This document shows, piece after piece, positions 54,171-64,000 of a stretch of DNA of 64,000 nucleotides. Below the pieces are notes generated by a model. That model made no database searches and was not told the DNA's origin. It saw only the letters and a list, made by a program, of their open reading frames with translations. The position numbers were made by a program, and so were the translations under genes. Positions within the stretch are counted from its first letter, which is position 1. Each line of letters opens with the position of its first letter. The DNA is from Octopus vulgaris (taxonomy: Eukaryota): NCBI GenBank assembly GCA_951406725.2, contig OX597816.1, positions 151,590,001 through 151,654,000 on the forward strand. Direction: 5' to 3'.

Positions 54171-54635
54171 ACGTTCTGCATCGCAGGAATAAGTCATTTT
54201 TAATCTTGAAATCCAGGAATAAGTAAAATGTCTTTAAACTACAATGACTATCAACTATTACAACAATGCTCAGCACATCACAAACAGTACTCTCCTACTG
54301 CATCCAGTTGTAGAGTTCTGGTTCGGGAATTCCAGGATTTTGAGGCGTGAAACCAACTCTTAGTCATTATTGTTCTTTGGTGTACTCTGATCCGCAGTAG
54401 TAACACCTCTCAGAGTCCCAGCCTTGGGCTAATTATCAAGAGAGTCAGACAGGTGGAACACGTTAGTCTGAGAGACTTGTGTGTAAGAGGAACGTATCAA
54501 GGGGAAGGAAAACCTTGATTCCAAGCCTCCAAACCATGAGAAACACTTCAGAAGTGAATCCTGAAGGAAAATCGGGAGTCAGAGCCCTTGAGGCAGTTCG
54601 ATGTTGTCTGCAATATAGTTTTGGGAACTTGATAA

Positions 54636-54858
54636 GGCGGCGCTCTGGCAGAAACGTTAGCACGCTGGGCGAAATGCTTAGCAGTATTTCGGCTGCCGTT
54701 ACGTTCTGAGTTCAAATTCCGCCGAGGTCGACTTTGCCTTTCATCCTTTCGGGATCGATTAAATAAGTACCAGTCAGGCACTGGGGTCGATGTAATCGAC
54801 TTAATCCCCTTGTTTGTCCCCTCTATGTTTAGCCTCCTGTAGGGAATAAAGAAATAAA
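54636..54858 (+). mobile_element. SINE family B, full length
   Basis: Matches the reverse complement of 2614-2845. Confidence 0.9.
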
Positions 54859-54984
54859 TATAGTTTTGGGAACTCCTGCATTGACACAGATTCCAAATTG
54901 TAAAGTCATGCTGTTCCTATGGATCCACCGGTGCCGTGGATAGGGGGTCATACACTGCATGGGCCATAACCTATCCCTCGTACC

Positions 54985-55630
54985 GTACAGCTCAGGCTTG
55001 GATCCTGATAAATATTCTACACTGGAGAGATAGAACCAGACAACACACAAGAGAAGACATTCTGGCCTTACCGACGACGTCGACCAAGCACAGAGAGCAA
55101 CAGTTAACGGTTATAAGCCATCGCAACGACTCAAATGTGAAGGCGCATGGCTCAGTGGTTATAGCTTTGGGCTCACAATCATGAGGTAGTGAGTTCGATT
55201 CCCGGACCAGGCTGTGTGTTGTGTTCTTGAGCAAGGCACTTTATTTTCACGTTACTCCAGTTTATTCAGCTGTAGTAATGAGTTACGACATCACTGGTGC
55301 CAAGCTGTATCGGCCTTTGCCTTTGCCTTGGATAACATCGGTAGCGGGGAGAGGTGAGGCTGGCATGCATGGGCGACTGCTAGTCTTCCATAAACAACCT
55401 TGCTCGGACTTGTGCCTCAGAGGGTAATTTTCTAGGTGCAATCCCATGGTTATTCATGACCGGAGTGGGGTCTTTACAACTCAAACAGCACCAGGAAAAC
55501 CTACAAATGCTGCTTGTGTAACAGAGACTGCCATTCGTGCACCAGACTTTTTATCCACAGACAACCCTGCTCCAGTAGGACGGACAACTAGGACTGTCAT
55601 CCATGGTCATTAATGACAGGCGGGAGACCT
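54985..55630 (+). pseudogene. RTE LINE 3' relic interrupted by a tRNA-derived SINE
   Basis: ILINILHWRDRT before the SINE; YKCCLCNRDCHS after it. Confidence 0.55.
55139..55478 (+). mobile_element. tRNA-derived SINE
   Basis: A-box tggctcagtgg, B-box gagttcgattcc, body gtgttgtgttcttgagcaaggcacttt. Confidence 0.8.
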
Positions 55631-56963
55631 CAGTCATCAGGTACTCACTGGACCTTAGATAAAGATATGGTGAACTTGGATTAGACTAAGCTAGGACATG
55701 AGTGTGTTCGTTAAGTTGTATTCGAATTGTGCGCGCCAAAGTTAGGACAATCGGCCGGGTTAAAACATTTTTTTCTCAGAATTTAAATCAGATCAATAAC
55801 TGGAACAATCCGAGACATTTCAATGTCAAACAGGACAAATTTGCTCACCGAACAGTACGCCTGGGCAGCAGACCCTTCAAACTAAAACGAAAGGTAAACC
55901 TCTTCAGTCGTGATAAATCCGCATTCTAACTTTGATCTTCTATTGAAACAAAATGACTTCACTACTCATATTCTTAAGAAAAGCAGGGATTAACTTAATC
56001 ATATTAACTTAATCATATTTTCTCTTTTATAAATTTGTTGATTTTCGCATTGATTAGAGATCAATATATTTGCTACACTAGAATAAAATTTCTGTTTCAA
56101 TTAATTATCTTTCAACCATATGATAGTGCTGATGGTGTTATATACTTGCTCCCATAATAGTGTTAAACCGTTGAAATAATACCAAGCGATTCGACTGAAC
56201 TGAAACCAGATTATTACACTTGAAATTGCAGCTGAATTAGCAGTGTCTTTTCTCCAATTCCGATTCATAGAAACGCTTAAATTTCATCTATCTGGTATTT
56301 CAAATTCTATAAAAATTATTAAAATAGAATAAAATAAAATATATTTGGAAGTTTGGTTCAATATATTATATTTAATAATTCCTCTCTTCTACAAATAATC
56401 GTTTTGACTTAAACAGATAAGCAGTTTAATATTCTGAGCAAAATAGTGAAAAATTAATCCCGCAATGTGAATAGATTGAATATATTGTATGCGAGTTGGG
56501 ATTCTATTCTCATCACCTTTTAGAACTTCTCGCGAACGCACAAGCATCTATATACTCAAGAGTGCAAATCTTAATAGAGTCATTCGTTATCTACTTTCAC
56601 TCGTTCACTACGAGAATTGCCGATTAAATGAAATCTAGCATTAGCAATAGCTCAAGATAATTTACATCATTGCGTGACACTCTGAAGCAGTTAATAATGA
56701 TTTATTCATTAATCGCATATTATTAACCTTTTTTAGTCACTCACTTATTTATGTTATTGTAATGTCCTGAGAATAACACGTGATTTTTGAGTGTGAAACA
56801 AACTGTTGAAATCAAATCAGATGCGAGTGATGATTCTTACCAGACAAAATAATATGAAATATAACGGAATAAAACAATTTTATAATTCTTTATAATTTAG
56901 TAATAATTTCTAAATTGTTATACTTGGGGATGATCATATTTTGCCAATTAATAATGATAGTTC

Positions 56964-57020
<57 letters not shown>

Positions 57021-57039
57021 GTTTTTCCCTTCTTTCTTC

Positions 57040-57715
57040 AAATTTTCTTCCGTTTCTCGCCGAGTGTTTTCCATACGTAGGGTGTACAATCAACTTCAAA
57101 CGCTATCCATCTCATCTGAGCTTCTTCTCAAAGAGGACCTCTAAACAATCTGCTTCCCTAGCTACCTATATACAAAACCTCAAGTTTCAGAACATGCCTT
57201 ATACCTTATCCTGGTCCATAGTTTGTGGTGGAACCTCATACAATGCTAACCTTCACGATTGTAAGTTATGTCGCCGAGAATCGCCAAAATAATAACTCTG
57301 CTTAGCAGATTCTTTGATGTAATCTCCTGCAGACATAAATTCTATTGCACCTTTGCTCATTATGTTAATTATATTAATTTCTGTCCATCTTTCTTCTTAC
57401 CTACTACTTTCACTTTACCTCAACTTTTAATTCTCTCACACCTCTTTGTCTCGGCCTCTGACACTCTCAACTGCTTTATTGTTTGTGAACGGCTACTTTG
57501 AGCACCCGCGAAGTCATTGACTACGTGTTTCAACATTATCTTCTGTAATTCTGTTCTTTATATCTTATTTTTATAGTGAATGTCCTACTTCTTATCTTGC
57601 TTCTTAACAAACCCTTCTATCTTACTACCTCCACCCGCTCCTTCTCACCCTCTCTTCCTTTAAACCTTTATATTTGTAAGCACTACTAAATGACTCGCAT
57701 TCGCCAATCTTCTCT
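57040..57715 (+). pseudogene. Penelope-like element 3' relic: GIY-YIG endonuclease plus terminal region
   Basis: YVGCTINFKRY.SH..F...SASLATYI..LK...YTLSWSI...Y...CKLC..E, then CRHKF: Naiad/Chlamys-type GIY-YIG pattern; bounded by (TTA)n and (CA)/(TA)n. Confidence 0.75.
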
Positions 57716-57745
57716 TACACACACACACACACACATATATATATG

Positions 57746-57828
<83 letters not shown>

Positions 57829-57831
57829 ATT

Positions 57832-57887
<56 letters not shown>

Positions 57888-57904
57888 ATTGATATTAATA
57901 CCAT

Positions 57905-58190
57905 TATTATGGGACTCTCCAGTGGTTAAACGACACACAATGGTTACACGATTTCTTGCAGAACAACCACACAAATGTTTTGCTTATAGTGATCAAATAT
58001 TTGTGTTCACATAACTTCATTCTCCCCATCAAATCGACAGTGCTTGTACAGAGTCACAGGTGTACTACGCGTCAAATGTCGAAATGATCACAAAGCAACA
58101 GGAAATGAAAAACGCAACACACTGCCCGGTCTGTGAATCGAAACCACAATCTCGCGATCGTGAGTGCAAACTCTAACCGCTAGCCCATCC
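57905..58190 (-). mobile_element. tRNA-derived SINE, diverged
   Basis: Minus strand ctagcggttagagtttgcactcacgatcgcgagattgtggtttcgattc is a tRNA-like head. Confidence 0.65.
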
Positions 58191-58382
58191 ACCGTTCTTT
58201 TCCTGAATATATTCCCTTCTCCGTATCATTCCTCTTTCCTCTTTTTGACGAAGTGTCATGTTCGAAACGTTATACACACACTCTTCTTTCTATCTCATAC
58301 TAAGTGTCAAGGAAATACATTCCATGTGTACGTCCTTTTGACTTTTGTTATTTTTAGGTTTCGATTTGGCTAATTGTGTGTG

Positions 58383-58415
<33 letters not shown>

Positions 58416-58697
58416 GCGTGTGTGTGTATACACTCACTCACACACACATTCTTAAGGATTTATTAAGTCAAGGTCTCAATAAAGAAGTTATCGACTTCAA
58501 GCTAACCCCATTTCAAGTTACCTCCTAATAATATGAAATCGACTCTCTGCATTCATTTACAAAACTCGTATATATTTCTCTAGTCTAAGATCTGTGATAA
58601 CGGTTAGATATTTCGCTGGTGATGTTCAAAAGGACTTAAACAAATTTGTAATTGTCACCATAACTGCTGAAGACCAAACTTATTCCCTACTGCATAT

Positions 58698-59600
58698 GAT
58701 GGCCGTATAGTTAAGAAGCTTGCTTTGCAACTATTTCGTTTCAAATTCAGTCCAACTGCGTGACTCCTTGGGCAAGTGTCTTCTCTATCGCTCCGGGCCA
58801 CGAAAGTTTTTCCTGCGAGAGTTCCGGACCCCAGTTACGAACTCATCTGCATACAGCCAATCAGAGTTCAACTATCAAACTAATTTATGCGCGCGTAAGT
58901 GATGCGCTATAAGAAAAGGTCGCTTGGGTAAGGAATGACCATGCTTGTTTTCACTTTTAAGTTGTCCTTGTTCTTATTTCAACCACGGCTGCCTCTGGGT
59001 AGGTATTTGTGTTGTCGTTTACTTGATAAAACAGTAAGAGGAGAGGGTTGCTATCACATCATGCTCGACCCATATTTTTCCTATCCACATCTCTACCATA
59101 TGGGGCCCTAATAAAATCTGATAATTGGTATAAATGCAAATCTATCTAATTACTTGTCTCCTTCTAAGATCAGGCATAACTTGGCGATCGTTCGACTTAC
59201 AACATCGTTCTTCGTCTTGAGTTTACTTGGTAGAGTGTGTTTGTTAGCTTGACAAGGTCAAGATGAACTCTGATTGGCTGTATGCAAATGAGTTCATTAA
59301 TGGGATCCGAAACTCTCGTGGGGAAAAAAATTTCGCCTCCTGCCAGACCAATGCTTTATGGGTAAATTTAGTAGATGGAAACTGTGGAATCCTGTTCATA
59401 TTTATGTGAATGTGTCTTTTTATGTTTGTGTTTGTCCCCAAACATCACTTGATAACCAGTGTTGCATTTTTATGTCCTCATGACTTAGCGGTTCAGCAAA
59501 AAGGTTCCGATAGAATAAGTACCAGACTTTAAAAATGTAAGCGCTGTGATCGATTTGTTTTACTAAACTCTTAAAGGCGGTACCCCAGCATGACCACTGT
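58698..59600 (+). mobile_element. SINE family A (diverged) split by a Mutator-like MITE
   Basis: Head ...ccttgggcaagtgtcttct before 58800; body resumes with gaccaatgc...gaaactg after 59345. Confidence 0.75.
58800..59336 (-). mobile_element. Mutator-like MITE, second copy (opposite orientation, no nested mariner)
   Basis: Same TIRs and interior as 33942-34703; degenerate 9-bp TSD ctccgggcc / ctcctgcca. Confidence 0.85.
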
Positions 59601-59714
59601 TCCCCACTCCCACTGCTGTTTTCACTAGAATTAATAATCTAAGAAAATGATTGTTCCAGTTACCAAGATGGTATTTAATTAAAAATCTTTTAGCTTGCCA
59701 CGTACGGGAAGAAT

Positions 59715-59935
59715 GGCGAGCTGGCAGAAACGTTTGACCATCCGGGGAGGGGGGTGACGCTTTGCAGTATTTGTTCCGGATCTTTACATTCTGAGTTCAA
59801 ATTCTAGCAAGGTTAACTTTGCTTTTCATCTCTGCAGATTCAAAAAATATAGTACCTGTTAAATGTCGATTTTAATTAACTAAAAAAAAAAATCCTCCTT
59901 TCAAATTGCCGGCTTTGTGCCTAAATTAGAAATCA
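59715..59935 (+). mobile_element. SINE family B, diverged
   Basis: ggcgagctggcagaaacgtt...ttctgagttcaaattc... Confidence 0.75.
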
Positions 59936-59950
59936 TAAATTGAATCTGGG

Positions 59951-60705
59951 CAGCGGTTCCCAACCTAGGACACCTGCCCCTGCTGGAGGCGGGTGATAGC
60001 ATTTCAGAGATTCTAACAAAGAAAGATAACGCATGCTTAATTAAAATCACTTTTCAGAACAAAATTAACTATTAAAAATATCTTTATTAAGCACAGCAAG
60101 AACTTTATTATTCTGCATATGTAGATTTGACTTGTTTAATGTTTGCAATCGTTATTGATTTCAATACTCACAACTGATTTCGAATTCATCAATTTATATT
60201 TGCATCTTATTCACTGTGTCAATAGCTTAGTTTTTGGTTCAGTTTGTTCTTTCATAAAATTATTTGTGGTTCAAAAGAAATAAATAACAAATTATTACGA
60301 ATAAATAATTCTTAACATTAAGAATAACATTCATAATATTGTTTCAAGTTTTGGCACAAGACCAGCAGTTTTAGGAGGAGAGGGTTAATATATTATATCA
60401 ACTCCAGTGGTCAACTATTGCTTGTTTTATTGACCCGGAATAAATGAAAAGCAAAGTCGCCCTTGGTGGAATTTGAACTCAGAACATAAAGCCGGACAAA
60501 ATGCTTAGCGGCATTTCGTCCGGCTTGCTAACGATTCTGTCAGCTCGCCGCCCTCTCTACAAAAGTAATATATCGACTACTCCCTCCCCCAAAACTGCTG
60601 GCCTTGTGCCAAAATTTGAAATCAATATTTCTTTTGAAGAGAGTAGGAAAATTAATGAAGTGTTTCCTAGAAGTGCAGGAGTTTAGAAAAGCTTAGGAAA
60701 CACTG
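59951..60705. mobile_element. Probable hAT MITE containing a family B SINE (60336-60553, -)
   Basis: Ends cagcggttcccaa / taggaaacactg; TSD degenerate. Confidence 0.45.
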
Positions 60706-62543
60706 AACTAGAGGGAAACCGCTGTTCAGCATTAATCTTAGCTCGGACATATGGTCAATATCGTTAGAAAAGTGCATTCACGTGTGAGTGTGAATATAGA
60801 GGAGAGGAAAATAGCAGGCAGAATGCCAAAAAGGAAACAACGTAATTAGAGAAACAAAGTCAATGAGTCAATGTTGCAACACAACAGAAAGATTGTTAAT
60901 ATAGGCCTTTGTCTATAGATTTAAGATTAGCGAAGAAATATGTGAAGGCGGGACAGAAAAGAAAAAAGACAAAAACAAAACCGGTGTATGCCAGATTTTG
61001 CCACTTAATGATGATTACCTCCTAAGGTTCATGATTATTGGAAACAGACCTTACTTGAAATGCTGCTTTCGCCATCAAAAGGTTGCGTGTGCGAAGGCTG
61101 CTCTTTGTGAGAAAGAGACGGAACGAAAAATGAAAGAGGAATAGGAAGAAAGAACAAGAGAACGTGTGTGTAAGTGAGTGAGTGTGTGGCTATGTATGAA
61201 TATATATAAAGAGGGGTGGAAATGGAGAAAGTTAGAGAGAGGAGGAAAAAGGAAGGAGGAAAAGAATAGGAAAGAACTTCTATAGACATTGAATTGAACA
61301 TTTACTCCATTTTCTAACGAAAGCACGCAATGCATTGTAAATATTTATTGAGAGGCAGATTTATACACTACTTTAACATGTCCCACGATATATTCAAATA
61401 CACTGGCAAAGAAACCTAGTCTAAACAAACATGTGAATAGGCATTTTCAGGTCAAACTAATCCACTGAATATTGGAAGTTGATGTTACCAAGTTAAAAAA
61501 GCCGCCAAGAAAAGCGAGTGGATAAAGTCTATTAAAAATTACCATTGCATTGTCTACATTCTATTTTTAATTGTTTTATTTCATTAATATTTCAAAGTTA
61601 CCTCTCTTGCCCTTCTTGATTAGAATTGATCATAAGATGGAAATCTTTTGTTTCAAATATCCAGAGCAAACATGGCAAATATCGGCATTCACCGGTAACT
61701 ACAAATCGGCAATAAAATATAACTGAAAGAATGTTTTCTTTCAAACTGAAAAGTTATTTTAAAATAGTTCACATATTGAAAAAGATGTTTGAACCTTTCC
61801 AATAGCATACGTCTGTGAGAAAAGAATTCCTCATGCTGAGTGACATTAGAAGCACAATTAAGGTTCTTACATCATAGGGATTAATAATTCAATGATGTAC
61901 TGTAATGAGTAAAATGTTTGTGTATATGCAAATATCATCGAAGTATTAAACAAATTTTTTTTTTTTTTTTTTGGTCTCGAGACCCGCTGTTGCATGTTGT
62001 GATGCGTATTCATTGATGACTGTTAGTTCACTGTAAACATGTTATGTTGCTGGTCGGTGTCGATACAGAAGCTATAGTTAACGGATATTTTCAGAGTTCA
62101 GTTTCATTTTACTACTGTGTTTAAATTTTTACTGAGTTAGTTCTTTCATTTTCTGGATAGTTAAAACGAAAAATTACTTTAGTGATCCCCCCTCCCCCTA
62201 CACAGTGTACTTTTAATATATTCATACTTCTTCACTCACTAGATTAAGTGTATTAGTACCAATGTTACCATTTTGTTTTTAAAACATAGAACGTGTCTCT
62301 TCAAGTTATCGCATCACTCACTATTTAGTCACACACAACATATATCTATCTATCTATCTATCTATCTATCTCCTTCTCTCTCTTTAAATACACACACACA
62401 TAAATAATAGTAATAGTGGTAGTGGTGATGACGATACTTCAGTGAGGCGGTCAAATAACACCGAAACATATCCGAAGTTATCATCCATACTACCAAGATC
62501 ACACTCCCCTCCACCCCACTGCATTATTTACATTCTATCTGAT

Positions 62544-62760
62544 GCGGCGAGCTGGCAGAATCGTTACCGCAACGGACAACATGCCTCGTAGCATTTTTTC
62601 CTGACTTTATGTACTGTGTTCAAAGGCAACCGAGGTTGACTTTGCTTCACCCTTTCAGGGTCAATGAAATAAGTACCAGTTGAGTACTGGGGCCGATGTA
62701 ATAGACTTAATCCCTCCCTCAAAATTGCTGGCCTTTTTCCAAAATTTGAAACCAATATTT
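62544..62760 (+). mobile_element. SINE family B with alternative tail
   Basis: gcggcgagctggcagaatcgtt...aaataagtaccagt...aaaattgctggcc...aaaatttgaaacc. Confidence 0.8.
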
Positions 62761-63114
62761 CATGGCTTTTCTCTTTCTTGCTATTCATAAATAATAATGA
62801 TTCTTCTCATCCTCTTTGTAAATTTAAATAACTTTTCTGGAATTATTACAGTAAATATATCTGTACTGAATTGTAATACCTAGTTACATCTCTTTTTGTT
62901 TTGATTTTATATCCCGCTGCAGTTGACTTAGTTTTCCATTTCACAGGTATCGCTCAAATAAATATTATTCACATACCGGAAGTCGATTAAATCAATTTAC
63001 ACGCTTAACCCAACATGTCTGGTCTTTACATCATCGTTCGATATAATTTTCTAAATTTAGCCTGAGATTTTGATGCTGAACTTTCTAGAATAAATAAATC
63101 GAATCCAGATATAT

Positions 63115-63305
63115 AAAAAAAAAGTCACAGGAAAAGTCACAGCGGCTTTGTCGGGGGGGGGGGGTTGTCCGGACCCCATAAATTGTGACTTTTTTTTCCT
63201 GTGACCTTATTACCGACCACCATAAATTAATTGTGACTTTTTCCCTTGTCAAAATTATGACTTTATTACTGTGCCTTTTTTTCCTATGACTTTATGGTCA
63301 CCAAT
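63115..63305. repeat. Array of inverted and direct tgtgac(t)n subrepeats; likely DNA-transposon terminal relic
   Basis: aaagtcacag twice, then tgtgactttt-like motifs five or more times. Confidence 0.55.
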
Positions 63306-63549
63306 GAATCACCACCCAGGATATATTTCAAACACACACAGTATTTGACTTTCTGTTGACAGAGACCTATCACGATTTTTGTTTATTTTCCTCTTGTCTT
63401 CTTTATTAAATGATATTGTTCAAACGAAATCGTATTGTTACTAGACAAAATTGCTTAATATTATCGTAGACAATTATTTCCATTCATGTTGTGGCAAAGT
63501 ATTATTTGCTAATAATATTTTATTAAGCATTATTATTCAGCATTTATTA

Positions 63550-63910
63550 GGCGGTGAGCTAGCAGAATCGTTAAGAGCATCGGACAAAATGCATAATGGC
63601 ATTTCTTACGTCTTTTACAATTTAAATTCAAATAACGCCGAATTTTACTCTGTCTTTCATCCTTCTGGAGTTGATAAGAATAAGTACCGGTCAAGTACTT
63701 GAGTTGATGTAATAGAGTTCCCCCGCTCCCCTCGAAACAGCTGGCCTTGTGCCAAAATTAGAAAGAATTATCTCGTATAATTACTGATTAGATGGGCGAG
63801 CTGGCAGAATCGTTTCCGCACCGGTAACCATCTGAACAACTGGTATCGATGCAATCGACTTGCCCACTTCCCAAAAATTTCTGGCCTTGTAACAAAATTT
63901 AAAACCAATA
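63550..63910 (+). mobile_element. Two tandem SINE family B copies (second internally deleted)
   Basis: Heads at 63550 and 63793; both end ctggccttgt..caaaatt. Confidence 0.75.
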
Positions 63911-64000
63911 TATAATTCCAAGTTACGTTAATGTCACTCAGAAAAGTTAATCCAAAAAAGAAATTAACATTAGATATTAATTAAAGAGCAACATGCCTTC

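Overview
AT-rich eukaryotic DNA that is almost entirely repeats. The SINE families, the dense (TA)n/(CA)n/(TACA)n/(TAA)n microsatellites and the lack of genes suggest an intron or intergenic stretch of a coleoid cephalopod (Octopus-like) genome; this assignment is inference. No intact host gene can be supported, and most listed ORFs are microsatellite artefacts. Recognisable content: at least four SINE families; decayed LINEs (Dong/R4-type with REL endonuclease, RTE, CR1, Tx1/L1); a Penelope-like GIY-YIG fragment; a full-length defective mariner; Mutator-like, hAT and mariner MITEs (some nested, with TSDs); a Helitron-like element; and hAT, piggyBac, Chapaev-like and Tc1-like transposase relics. 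The most striking signal is a set of unrelated 200-350 bp non-coding inserts in or beside (TA)n/(TAA)n tracts. Each folds back through 45-80 bp inverted arms, and several carry minimal type I hammerhead ribozymes. Across the window the hammerhead cores include C3-G8, G3-C8 and possibly U3-A8 pairs. One insert is fused to a head-to-head pair of tRNA-like Pol III promoters. These look like Penelope-dependent, retrozyme-like micro-elements.
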